Assembly: GCA_964016885.1 (NCBI GenBank)
Contig: OZ024742.1
Span: forward strand, 283,588,001 to 283,652,000
DNA: 64,000 nt
DNA from: Eledone cirrhosa
Lineage: Eukaryota
Reading direction: 5' to 3'
The translations under genes were made by a program, and so were the position numbers. Of this stretch, positions 38,700 through 51,561 are shown one piece after another. Below the pieces are notes generated by a model that had not been told where the DNA came from, made no database searches, and was given only the letters and a program-made list of their open reading frames with translations. Within the stretch, counting starts at the first letter, position 1. Every line of letters begins with the position of its first letter.

Positions 38700-38850
38700 A
38701 ATCTTTGTTAATACCTGTGTGAATATGTTTGTTATTATTCAAAAGTCATTTTAAGAGAAAGCAGACTTTGTGTATCTGTACTTGTGTCAGGGGAGATAAA
38801 TCTTTACTATCAGATTATGTTTCACCATGAATCTGAATCTCATACACATT
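38700..38850 (-). pseudogene. Degenerate inverted paralog of the ZNF-C N-terminus
   Basis: Minus strand TCAGATTCATGGTGAAACATAATCTGATAGTAAAGATTTATCTCC...ACAGATACACAAA matches 46524-46593, followed by AAACATATTCACACAGGT (KHIHTG). Confidence 0.7.
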
Positions 38851-39829
38851 CTCTTCTAAAAGTCACTATATTCCTCCAGTGGCAGTAATATATTGGACAT
38901 TTAAGTATTGCAAGATTTCATTGTGAACAATTCCATGTGCGTTACATATGTAATGTTATGAACAAAGCATTTTCATTAAAGATATGTGATGAGGAAAAGA
39001 CAGCAGGTCAATTGCCAATATCATGTTCATCAGCAAGTATGGGAAACAACTTCAGACATGTTTCAGCCCTGTTGAATCTCTGTTAATCTCTACGTGGAAA
39101 AAAGATAGGGATAAAAGAATCACTTAACCCATTCGGTTCTGATAAACTACCGAGAACATGATAGTATGTGCCAGTGAGGATAAAGAGCACATCGTCATTA
39201 ATAAGGTCACAAAGCTGTGGCTAAAGATCTTTAGGAAAAGGATTAATCAATTCAGTAATTCAGTGACTAATTAACTATTAATTGGTTGATAACAAAAATA
39301 AAGTGAAAAACAACCAGTGTGTGTGTGTTTTATTGGCAGCATGTCTCTCCCAAACTATATCACATCAAGAATTTCGCAAAACAAACACATAAATGAAATC
39401 ACAAAATAGATTTACAATATTATAGTAAAATGAATGGTAGCATACTGGCTGTCGTGAAATTCAACTTCATTATAGGTTAAGAAGAATCCTTTATCTAATA
39501 TGCTTGCTACCAGAATTGTTCCGGATTTGAGAATATTTATATCTTTTTGTCTACAACATCTATAAAATGGAACAGCATCGGGATGAAACCTAAACACGAT
39601 ATCCACTTACATTTCATAATACAGTTTATACATATACCCTGGAGGTACGTTTCTTTAAATTGCATATACCTTGAAAGTATTATATCATATAGTTATAATA
39701 GTACTTAAAAAAATGTAGGAGTTTTGGAATTTCTGTTAAAGGATTCTTAGCCTGTACTTTAGTTATAAAATTTGAATTCACTAAATTATAGTCATAGTAA
39801 TAAGGAGAAAATAAACAAAACAAATAAAT

Positions 39830-40215
39830 CTTACCTATGGTAATGAATCTTGGGTAATGACCAAAAAATACAAGCGGCCAAAATGGAGTTCCTCCGAAGG
39901 GTCTTTGGGGTAACGTTGCTCGATAGAGTACGTAGCTCAGTAGAGCCGCTACTTCTCCGAATTAAGAGATCACAGCTCTGGTACTGCGGACATGTGGTCA
40001 GAATGTCCCAGGAAAGAATCGCTGGGCAGATCTTATACGGACAACACCAACCGGCAAGAGACCCTGAGCAAGATGGTTGGATAACATCCTTGAGCTGGGC
40101 TGGTCTCACTTGGAGATCCAATTGGAGACGATTGACTTAGGCAGGACCCGTTGGGAGACGTCCTTGAGGACTCTGGCCCCACGACCCTCAGAAATAAGTG
40201 GACAAAAAACAAGTA
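39830..40215 (+). mobile_element. RTE-like LINE 3' fragment
   Basis: KIQAAKMEFLRRVFGVTLLDRVRS...RSQLWYCGHVVRM. Confidence 0.8.
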
Positions 40216-40339
40216 AATCCTGCTGATCGATTCCGGCAAGGGAGACAACTTCGTAGTTAGTTAATATCAAATATGGAATGCAATATAGAGCGAATCTGAT
40301 TTTTGACAGTATGGTGACAATACAATATTGTGAACTACT

Positions 40340-43300
40340 ACTTTTTTCTTCTTCTTGAGAGGGGGTGGGGGCAGAGCCCTCAAACACTCATTCCAGCTTA
40401 TTCTTACCTTGGTTATCCCACTTTCAGAGCATCCTCTCCAACTGCTGATTAGGTCGCAAAAGCTGTCAACAACTTTTAGGGAGTCTCCCATGCAACTAAG
40501 GGAATCAAGTTTATCTGTGCTCTTAGTGCTTACTTCTCCTGTGCATCTACTGCATATCAAGTCTGTCTTCTCTGCTAGCCTGCCTGCAATCCTACTACAT
40601 TTCTTGTGCATCCATAGATTTCACTGTGTGCACTTTATAGAGTTTCTGCTCACTCCTTTTCGAATCATCAAGCAAGGTTACTTCCCTAGTGGTAACAGCT
40701 CCCTGTCCTCTTTCTTACTTATTAAGACTTCAGTTTTTGCTAGATTATATTTGGAGGGATTTACTAAAATTATTAAATCATACTCAACCGTCTCCAACTG
40801 ATCCGGCTGGATCCCCAAGCTAATGGATGTTATCCAACCATCATGCTCTGGGTATACTGCCGGCTGGCTTTTGCCCATAAAATCTGTCCAGCGATTCTTT
40901 CCCAAGACACTCTAATTAATTACATGCCCATACCATCGAAGCTGTGATATCTCAATTCGGAGAACTAGTGGCTCTACCTGCAGTGACGCTCTGATCTCTG
41001 AGCTACGCACTCTATTGAGTAACGTTACTCCAAAGACCCTTCGGAGAAATCGCTTTTACAGCTACCTCCCTTCTGGTTACTGAATGCTGAAGCTGGTGCA
41101 TTACTGCACCAGCTTCTGCAATTCTTGCGCTTAATTCAGCCTGCTGTCTCCCATCACTCATGAACACGGCCGCAAGATACTTGAACATCTCCACCAGCTT
41201 CAGTGGAATTCCATTCAAATTGAATGGTTTTGATTTAGTACGATTTATCCGAACACAAATACTTAGACATTCGTATAGAGACATCAAGGCAACAAGAACC
41301 TGACCATCGATCTCATACTCCTGCAGACCCTTCCACATCGGGTCCCGAGGAATGCGGTCATATGCCTTTGCGATATCTACAAGACAAGAATATACCTCTT
41401 GGCAATACTCCCACAATTTCTCGAAGACCTGCCGCAATGTGAATATTTGATCGGATGTGCTGCGTCCGGGGCAAAAACTGCACTGTTTATCAGCTAGCTT
41501 GGACTCAACAATCTCCCTACATCTATTTGCCATAGACTTTACTAGGGAGGCTTAACAAAGAGATCTCTCTGTAATTTGAACAATTTCTTTTGTCTTACTT
41601 TTTGAAAATTGGGATTATCACTCTCGATTGCCATTGCTTAGGTGCCTTTCCAGAGATCCAGGCCATCCGGCACACATGGATCAGCCAAAGAATACCTTCT
41701 CTACATAAGGCTTTTAACATCTCGGGCCTTGACACATTTGAGCTCTTTAACTGCTCATATGACTTTAGCCTCCGAGAGATTAGTCATCGCTCGCAGATGC
41801 ACCTCGTGTATATCAGATGCTGTTGTGATCGGGTTTAGGAGATCAGCAAAGTATCCTCTCTCTATCTCGCGAGGATGCACCCCTCTGAAGAGAAGAGAAC
41901 TCCTTATTACGAAGTCGGTGGATGGTCTGCCAGAACACTTTGCTGATCTGAAATTGGATTCTAATTTAACCCCAAAGTTCTCTCATGCCTTAACTTTAGA
42001 CTCCTTTACGATCTCTGCTGCGATTCTTCGTGTCTACTTGTACTGCAAGTGCAAGAAGGAGGACTTATTTCTAAGCCAAGCTTTGCACGCCCCTTTCTTT
42101 GTTTGGATAGCATCTTTGACTCTTTGATTAAACCGCGGGGTCCTCCTGCCACCCGGCACCACACTAATCCTCTTTTGCTCGCTGCATTTAACAGCTGAAG
42201 CAAAAACTGCTGAGCTGAACAATCTCCACTCTGTCTCAACGTCTTCAGTTTTTGGATGCAATAAGTGTCTGCATACCTGGACCTGACTTCCTTATCGACC
42301 AACACTTCCAACTTTATCCTCTAGGTCACCTTGGACCTGCCAATTTTGTGGTTTTATTTGGCTTTAGGTAGTCTCAAGTTGCAGATAACTAGATGATGAT
42401 CAGTTGACAGTTCAGGCTCTCTCTTAACATGAATATCCAGCACAGAATTGAAGAGATCAGAGACAATAACAAAAATCAATGATTGATCTCTGTACCTGAT
42501 TCCCCTTATACCATGTGTATTTATAAATGTCTTTCTGTTGGGAGGTGTTCATAATAGAGAGTCCATTGCCAGAACAGAAGTCTAATAAGGCCTCTCCATT
42601 AGTATTTAGATCGGATTCGCAGTTCCTTCCATTCACTCCTTTCCATGTCAGGTGGTCAGTGCTAACATGTGCATTGAAGTCTCTCATTAAGATATATGAC
42701 TCAGTCTTAACTACATCTAACGCTGAAGTGGATTTATCAAGGAAGGATCTTGTTTGGTGCAAAGACTTGCGTCACCCACAGAGACCTATCTTTCAGCCTA
42801 AGCTTCATGAGGCAAATCCCCCTTCCTAATGAGATCCAGTCCATAACACATTCTGACAGCCGGCGGTTTGTGAGTATGCCCACTCCCGCTTGTGCAGTCA
42901 TTTCTGGCGCCACAACTGAATAGTGAAGTTTCTATCCTCCATATAAATCTACGGTACCAGATCCACGAAACTTTGTTGAGGAAACCCTGACTATATCTAG
43001 CTAGTAGCATCTAGCCTCCCCCACCAGTTCCTGCTCCTTACCTGTGAGAGCTGTGATGGTCCAGTTGTTAAGGTCTGTTCCCTTCCGAACCCTCTTTGGG
43101 GTATCGGGATACGCAATCTTTGTGCGTCGATACCACGCCTCCTAAGACAGGTCGCAGACCCAACGTTAGTTTTTGCGGCATGAAATGGAGACTGCAATAT
43201 ATTTTTCGAATAGGCCCCTCTACCTAAGGCCTGAATGCGTCATTTGTTAAACCACGCGAAGGACGATGCGGTGTGGTTCTTTTTCGTACCTCTCACAATA

Positions 43301-43510
43301 TTGCAGTTTTGGTGGTCTTATTCATGCCCGTCACCACTCTGGTACTTTCTCAAACCAGCGAAGTCTAGGCTTTTTAAGAGACGGACTTTACTCGTCTCGT
43401 CATAGCTACATCACTGGGTTGTGAGAGTTTTCTTACGAGCTACAGGTGTTACCCATTACTCCATCTCCCTTTAGTAATTTACCGTTGTTGGGCCGGGGTT
43501 GCTTATTCGT
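40340..43510 (-). mobile_element. Near full-length decayed RTE-like LINE (APE + RT)
   Basis: APE motifs ILMRDFNAHV, NGEALLDFC, SIIDF. RT motifs FCPGRSTSDQIFTLRQ, VDIAKAYDRI, FKYL. (GAA)-rich tail at ~40340. The 5' boundary is approximate. Confidence 0.85.
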
Positions 43511-44699
43511 CCGGCATCTGCCCGCTTATATCGCATTCCGTAATATGCGACCTCTAGCAGAACAGCTCTGCCGAGAACTAGTTAATTTGAAAAATTAGCA
43601 TATTTTAGAAAATAAATCGATGTGTTGAGTTCGATACTTATCAAAGTGATTTATATTAAATTAGTCATTTTTTAAACCCATCTTTTAAATCAGCATTTTA
43701 ATGCTCACAAATGTTTAAATGTTTACATAAATTTAACCCCCGACTTACATTAAAGAGTTCGGAAACATGGAAGATAACTCTAATCCCATTTAATTGACAC
43801 TTACACTCCTCCATTTTACGATTAATTCTCAAAATATTATCAGGCATGTTTACGAATATGTTTGCAGTGTGTTGTCTGTCAGCGTAATGAATAAAATCAC
43901 AATAAGACGGTAAGTTGGCCTTTGAGCATATATCAGCTAGCTGTTTTGCTTTCAGTTGGACCTAATTCGTTAGAAGACTCAACTAGGAGAAAACCTTCAT
44001 CTAGAAAAAGTGTCAGTGGAAAGGAGAGAAACATTTTACTTGATAGGTCTCTTGTAACAAAAATTAAGTTTTATCTCCCCATTCAAATTAATTGAATATA
44101 AAATTACAAAGCATTACTAATTTACCAGTGTTTAATACAGTATACATGATAAAAGAATCAGTAAGCGCACCTTTAATGCTTGAGTTAATTTTTTAATGGG
44201 AAGGATGTATTTAGTAGTCATGGAGATCACGAATATTAGGTAGTAGGTTTCATTTAAACAACCCATTTATTTTAAACGGGTTATTCGTGAACGATATATC
44301 ACTAGTGACCATCTCACACAAGCAGGCGTTCTGATAGGTGTAAGCTATCTGGTCGTTAATCTCAGACTTGTCACGTCACCCTGTTCGACGGGGAGATCTC
44401 CCACCCAATTTGGGGGAGGGTGAAAATGGGTGTAGCTTTCATTATGTAAAATCTCCCCGTTTGGGGGACACTTCTTTTCATGGCACTCCCCGTTTGGGTT
44501 TTTAGAGGTTGGCAGGTCTGTTTTTGATCCAGCTGTTTTTGTTCTCCCGTTATAAAAGGTTTAATTAATGAAAACTAATAAATTCACCTCCTGTAGACAC
44601 CTTAGCTTCTATTCACCTTTAGGTGACTATATGGACTACTTTAAGAAATCATGGAGTAATCTATAAATCTATGGTAATAAATTACTTAAGAAGCATCTA

Positions 44700-46040
44700 T
44701 AACCCTTACATGGTTTACTGGGTGCAATTTTCATGGCACCAATACTACAGAGGTTACCAGCCGTTGACACGACTGAAGCGCCATCTCTACCCTATAAACA
44801 AGGTTGAGGATGTATCTCATAGGCATGTGGCAGGATTTGACAGGGTGAAGTGGGGTAAGTAGGACGAGAGGAGAGACATCCAGCAGTGTGAGACAGTACT
44901 ATGGCGATAATAACTAATAAGGGCTATAACTAGAGTACCAGGGTACCAGAGAAAGGAGATCTAGTTAGTGTTGGTGTTAGGATTTAGGAGGAGTCAGGGT
45001 AACCCTGGATAAAATAGGGGTAGAAAATTACAGTGATGCTGAGAATAGCTACTATGGGAGGGAAGAGTGTCATGGAAGTGGAGGGGGTGCCTTGATAGTT
45101 AGGCAAGCTACTAAATGGTGGTAGTCAGTGGCAGGGGAGCATGTGGATGGGGTCAGGTCAAGTTTAGTTACTAAGGAATGGTAGTGGGAGGAAGGGGAAT
45201 ATGTGGATTGGTCAGGTCAAATTTTTGGCTGTAGGCAAGTCTTCACAAACACAACATGTCCAATCCCTGCAGTTTTTTGTCATCTCCATTATGAGGTTTA
45301 GCTACAAAAGGGCAACCTTCACTACTTAATCACTTATCTTGCGTCCCATCAACAGATTTCTCTATACTTTTTTTATACAGCTGTTATCTTCCATATGTAT
45401 CACATGTCTATCCCAGCACATTCTTCTCTCTTGCATGCTACATCAAATTCCTTTTTATGCCACGCTTTATTTCAGCTCACTTCATGCTATGTCATTCATA
45501 CACACTAACATTACACATCCATCTGAGCATACTCGCTTCATTTCTTTCTAGCCTTGTCAGTCTGACTGCTATGAAGCATTGCAGTTTGCATGCAGGCATT
45601 ATTTAGTGTGCCCCTCACTCTGAGAGAGAAGACCTTTGTTGTTTGCAGAGGTAAAAACTCTCTAAACTTCTTCCAGCTTATTCTTACCCTGGTTATCCCA
45701 CTTTCAGAGCATCCTCTCCAACTGCTGATTAGATCCATTAGGTCGCAAAAGCTGTCAACAATTTTTAGGGAGTCTCCCATGCAACTAAGGGAATCAAGTT
45801 TATCTGTGCTCTTAGTGCCTACTTCTCCTGTGCATCTACTGCATATCAAGTCTGTCTTTTCTGCTAGCCTGCCTGCAATCCTACTACATTTCTTGTGCAT
45901 CCATAGATTTCACTGTGTGCACTTTATAGAGTTTCTGCTCACTCCTTTTCGAATCATCAAGCAAGGTTACTTCCCTAGTGGTAACAGCTCCCTGTCCTCT
46001 TTCTTACTTATTAAGACTTCAGTTTTTGCTAGATTATGTT
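44700..46040 (-). mobile_element. RTE-like LINE fragment (family of 22835-24150) upstream of ZNF-C
   Basis: MHKKCSRIAGRL...ICSRCTG...WKKFREFLP...RGTLNNACMQTAMLH. Confidence 0.7.
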
Positions 46041-46500
46041 TGGAGGGATTTATTAAAATTATTAATTATTTCAATATTAAGATAGTATTTGTAAATATAA
46101 CTTAACAAAAAGTTCTTATATAAAATTATGTTGGAACAATTTAATTTAAGTGGAACCCTATGAAACAGAAGGTTATATTTCATAGGACCAGAAGTGGTTT
46201 CAAAAGTGTTTCAAAAATGTTTCTTGTTGTATTATGGGAATTTGTGTTATTTGCCTGAAAAACCTTAACTAGCTTTTTAACATTCACTGCCACTATTCAA
46301 ATTTCTTCTCTTTTAATAACCATATATTCACATTTCAATGTATGATATATTGTATGCTGTTTTATTTTTTCAGGGAAATTCCCATGAATGAAGGATATAA
46401 AAGACTAAAGAATGACAATATGTGTTACTTGGATGGTTTCATCAGTATGTAATATAAAGAAGGAGATATCATTTGTATTTAATGAACACTAATTGACATC

Positions 46501-47196
46501 ATGGAAGGGAAAAACTGCAAAAGTCAGATTCATGGTGAAACACAATCTGATAATAAAGATTTATCTCACTTGACACAAATACATATACACAAACAATCAT
46601 ACACCTGTGACATCTGCTTTAAATCATTCTCCCAGAATGGACGTTTGACTTATCACAAACGTATTCACACAGGTGAGAGACCATATCAATGTGATATCTG
46701 TGGTAAAACATTCCCACAGCGTAATAAGTTAACAAGCCATAAAAACATTCACTCAGGTGAGAAACATGACTGTGATATCTGTAGTAAATCATTCTCTCGC
46801 AAAGAATATTTAAATCTTCACAAACGTGTTCACACAGGTGAGAGACCGTATCATTGCGATATCTGTGATAAGTCATTCTCTCGGAAGGAACATTTAACTG
46901 TTCACATACGTAGTCATACTGGTGAGAAACCATATCACTGTGATGTGTGTGTTAAAACATTCTCTCGGAAAGAACTATTAATTAGTCATAAACGTATTCA
47001 TACAGGTGAGAAACCATATCACTGTGATGTTTGTGGCAAAACATTTTCTCGGAAAGATCAATTGATTAGACACATACGTATCCATACAGGTGAGAAACCA
47101 TATCACTGTGATATTTGTGGTAAACCATTTTCACACAAAAGCAATTTAACTATCCACCAACGTAATCAGTTATGTAAGGAACCATACTACTGGTAG
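46501..47196 (+). CDS. C2H2 zinc-finger protein ZNF-C, 7 fingers, 231 aa
   Basis: Intact ORF with [14 protein letters not shown] linkers. Acceptor TTTTCAG| at 46373. The last finger may be C2HC. Confidence 0.9.
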   Translation: MEGKNCKSQIHGETQSDNKDLSHLTQIHIHKQSYTCDICFKSFSQNGRLTYHKRIHTGERPYQCDICGKTFPQRNKLTSHKNIHSGEKHDCDICSKSFSRKEYLNLHKRVHTGERPYHCDICDKSFSRKEHLTVHIRSHTGEKPYHCDVCVKTFSRKELLISHKRIHTGEKPYHCDVCGKTFSRKDQLIRHIRIHTGEKPYHCDICGKPFSHKSNLTIHQRNQLCKEPYYW

Positions 47197-48454
47197 TATA
47201 GTTCCTTACATATCTCTGGTAAGACATCTTAAACAGTTAATATAACTTTTCCTAACATATTAATTTGAGAACAATACATTGTTTTTTAATTGTAAGACCA
47301 TAATACTCTATAAATTAATGTGGGATTTCTCTGACAAACATGATTGTCATCCCCATCATCATTTTAATGTCCATTTGTCTCTGAAGTTATTTTTTTCATT
47401 CCCATATTTATATTGTCTTAGAGGACAACACTCTCAGTTTTGATCACATTTTTTTTTATATCTTCCCTAGTCTTCCTGTGCTCCTGGACGATAGAAAGCT
47501 CATATCAATTTTTTTATCCAGCTATCATTCATTTTTATAAAAGTTTCCTCTTCTAAATATGTTGGCCCATACCTTTAAGAAGCCAGTTCTTAGTTGCAAT
47601 TTTTATTTCATGCAAGTTAATATTGCATATCCAATACACTATTCTCAACTTATTCTTCAACCTCATTTATACCTTCCACATTCAATAATTATGATGCAAC
47701 ACGATACTTCTTATACTAGCTTTATACTTTTCTAAGGCACCCTTTGTTGCCCACACATGCCTTCTTCCTTTTTCTTAGCTATGTTTCTTTTAACACACCC
47801 ACTAATCCTGCACTGGTTTTCTCATCTTTGTAGCAGGAACTATTTATTATTTCAAGTTAGTCTTTTCGTGTGTGTTTTTCTTGATAACATCATCAGTATA
47901 AATTTTTAGATTTCTGAAATGGTATGGGTACACTCTGTAAAATGGTAGTACTAATGCCATGATAAAACACATCCAGCACACCCTGTAGGTGGTTGGTGTT
48001 AAGAAGAGCATCTAGCCATAGAAACCATGCCAAATATGGAATGTATGAGCAAGGTCTAGTCTCAGATTGTGACAATCCAAGCCAACATGGAAGGCAGACG
48101 TAAAATGATGATGAATGAAGCATAAGACATAGTCACTGCTGTTAAGTTAATACATCTTTGTCAAATGTTATCTTTGGTAAAAATAAAAGAAATACAAGCA
48201 CCTAAAGCAACAACAACTGGATATTTTATTTGCAAAATGAATTAATAACTGACCTCCACCTCAATGGATTTTATATATGAACTTTGTGTCTTCTATAATT
48301 TTGTCTGTGAACTTACTGTGTAAATGATTTCTTGAAATTTCAGCTCCATATTTTCATTATTTAAATGACACAAAACTTGAATTTATTTGTAAAATATCAT
48401 GAATGTTTGTACACATTTTATCTATTGAAAGACATAAAAACCCTGTAAACATAC

Positions 48455-48925
48455 TTCCTCTTCTTCACCCACTTATTCCTAAGAGGGTCATGGGGGCAGA
48501 GTCCTCAAACAATCCTTCCAGTGGGTCCTGTCAGAAGCAACTGTTTCCAAATGAACTGGCTGTATCCCCAAGTAAGACCAGTCAAGCTCATGGATGATAT
48601 CCAACCATCTTGCTCTGGATCTACCCGTGGGTCTCCTGCTGGTTAGTTTTGCCTGTAAAATCTGTCCAGTGATTCTTTTCAGAGACATTCTAACCACATA
48701 CCCATAGTATTGGAGTTGTGATCTCTGAATTCGGAGAAGTAACAGCTCTACCTGGAGCAACTCTCTGATCTATGAGCTGCACACTCTATAAAGTAATGTT
48801 ACTCCAAAGACCCTTCGGAGAAATCCCATTACTGCACAAGCTCCTGCAATCCTTGCACTTAATTCAGCCTCCTGCCTTCCATCACTTGTGAACACGGCCC
48901 CGAGATACTTGAACTTCTCCACCTG
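48455..48925 (-). mobile_element. RTE-like LINE 3' fragment
   Basis: RIQRSQLQYYGYVVRM...RPTGRSRARWLD...DRTHWK. Confidence 0.75.
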
Positions 48926-49070
48926 CTCAAACTTAGCAAGTGCAAGTCAGAGAAAACCTGTCGAGTTAAGTAATACCAAACATACTTTCTCATGTAATTA
49001 TGTTTAGTATGGCTTCCTTTGGGCAGAGTTGTGCAATAAACACCACACTCCAGAACGTATATTATCCTCA

Positions 49071-49595
49071 TTTCCAGCATAGTTACGTCCCTTTACGATC
49101 TGAGTTCAAATCCCGCCGAGGTTGACTTTGCCTTTCATCCTTACGGGGTCAATAAAATAAAGTACCAGTAATGCACTGGGTAATTGCTGGCCTTGTGCCT
49201 AAAGTAGAAACAATTATTGGCAGTATCGGTAGAGAGTCGGACGCCATGCTTTCCAGCATAGTTACGTCCCTTTACGGTCTGAGTTCAAATCCCGCCCAGG
49301 TTAACTTTGCCTTTCATCCTTACGGGGTCGATAAAATAAAGTACCAGTAATGTACTGGGTAATTGATGGCCTTGTGCCAAAAAGTAGAAACAATTATGTG
49401 TTAAACATTGGTGAATTGGCAGTATCGGTAGAGGGTTGGACGCCATGCTTTCTAGCATAGTTACGTCCCTTTACAGTCTGAGTTCAAATCCCGCCGAGGT
49501 TAACTTTGCCTTTCATCCCTACGGGGTCGATAAAATAAAGTACCAGTAATGTACTGGGTAATTGATGGCCCTGTGCCTAAAGTAGAAACAATTAT
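49071..49595 (+). mobile_element. Three head-to-tail tRNA-derived SINE copies
   Basis: A ~180-bp unit with B-box-like GAGTTCAAATCCC and tail AGTAGAAACAATTAT is repeated three times. Confidence 0.85.
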
Positions 49596-51353
49596 GTGTT
49601 AAACATTGGGGATTACGAGTCTGAAAGAAAAAAAAGATTAGAGCTTTTGGGTTAGGGGTAAACAGTGTGGGGGAAGGCGCATTGAAATTTGCAATTTGTG
49701 AAGAACATTTTTTTGTAGAATTATAATCCCCAATGTATAAGACATAAAAATCCAAATAAATTTTGTTAACAAAAAAAGAATCAAAGCCATTGTGGAGGAG
49801 AGATGTTTGCTTATTACACAAGTTCTTTGTTTACAATGAGAGCAATTATCTGAACAAAATACTTCCCGCATATCTCATGTGGATACTTTAGGTCTAATTG
49901 AAAAATCTAGGAAATTTTCTTTGACCAACTCAAAGAGAGAACACTAAAAGATTTTAGACATTTAATTTTTTTTAAATGGTCTACAGAGATTTTTGGTAGA
50001 AAACAAAATGATTGGAAATAGAGGAAGGGGAAAACTAAGAATTATTTGGATGGATAATATCAAGAAAAGACAGATTTAAAATATAGTGAATGTATAAGGA
50101 CATGCTGCTAGAAGGAAAATGTGTTGCTATTATTAGCATATTTGTATACACTATAAAGTGGTTGGTGATAGGAAAGGCATTCAACTGTAGAAAGCTAGCC
50201 AAAGAAAAGACCAGAAGGTCTCTTCAGTTGTGTCAAAGACTTGACAACCTCCTTGATGTTGGTGATGTACATAATAAATGCACCCTATACACTCTGTAAA
50301 GGGGTCGGTGGTAGGAAACTTGCCAAACAAAGGGTCTTGAGGGCTCTTCAGCTGTGTCAAAGACATGACAGCCTTCCTAGTGTTGGAGCCATAAGATGCA
50401 TTAGGTAGAGATACGGACATATGTAAGCGAGATGCAGAATTCCCTACCAGCCCATCTGAGATGTTGGTGGCTCTGCTTGAGTGCTGACTCAATCCCTAAA
50501 GACCTATCCAAACCTTGCTAGCAGGGAAGATGGACATTAAATGATGATGATTATCGTCTGACTCACTAGAACCCCTTTTTTTTGCCTCATAGTGCATCCA
50601 GTTTTAGTCTGTTATTGTTACTTCAGGGACTAATGTGAACTATAATGGAAAAAAGCCAAGTGTGATCAGAACCTGCTGAATGCTTTCCTGTACATTATAC
50701 TCCTTACAGAATTCTCTATGTGTTTACTGGTGGTTGCTAAGGAAACTAAGGCTAGGTAAGTGGTCTGGGAAGTCATGTACAAAGAAGTGCACTCAACAAT
50801 GTGAAAACAATGAGTACAGCAATTTATTGTGCAAGTAGTTATTCACCAGGGCTCGGTCCTCAGCCCCTCTTTTGTTTGTCATCATCCTGCAGGCAATAGT
50901 AAAAGAGTTTAAGACAGGCTGTTCATAGGAACTCTTATATGCTAACCTAGTTCTTATAGCTGAATCTGAAGTAGATCCAGAGAAGAAATTCTAAACATGG
51001 AAGCAAGGCCTTTAAGCAAACTTAGAACAGACTAAAGGTTAAGCAAGTAGGAAAGAAGACAGAACCCTATCACCATCATTGAAATGTGTATGTATAACGT
51101 TTTTAGTAGAAGTGGGATGCATTGGGTTTATAGCTAGATACAGAATGTCCAGCCTGGACGAAAAAATAGCAGAGAAGTAATTCATAAACTGGAAAAGGAA
51201 ACAAAAAAATGCTTCTTTATAAATATTACAAACACATGTAAGTGCAAAGCTGCGAACTAAGAGTTAATCCTCAGAAAGTAATAAAACAGGCAGTGAATTG
51301 GCAGGGTTCTTAAAATGTCAGTCTGATGTCAACTTTGCTTTTTATCCTTTTAA

Positions 51354-51561
51354 CCCTTTAGCATTTACATTACTCTATATTTACTATTGTATTTTTGTGG
51401 TAAAGTCTTTATCTTACATAATATCGAATCTACGAGATTTTGATGTTATTTATTTTGAGAACAATACCTTATTATTGGTATGAGTGATCAGTTAGGGCCG
51501 GTTTGAACAGAAAGAGGTGAGAGAATTCTGGCCTGATATGGCCGGTTTAAATGCTAAAGGG
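51354..51561. mobile_element. piggyBac-like MITE
   Basis: TTAA on both sides (51350-51353 / 51562-51565) and a 14-bp TIR CCCTTTAGCATTTA. Confidence 0.85.

Noticed and set aside
43380-43515. HDV-like ribozyme at the 5' end of the RTE LINE
   Set aside because: Plausible for RTE elements, but I could not trace the nested double pseudoknot by eye. It needs a structure search.
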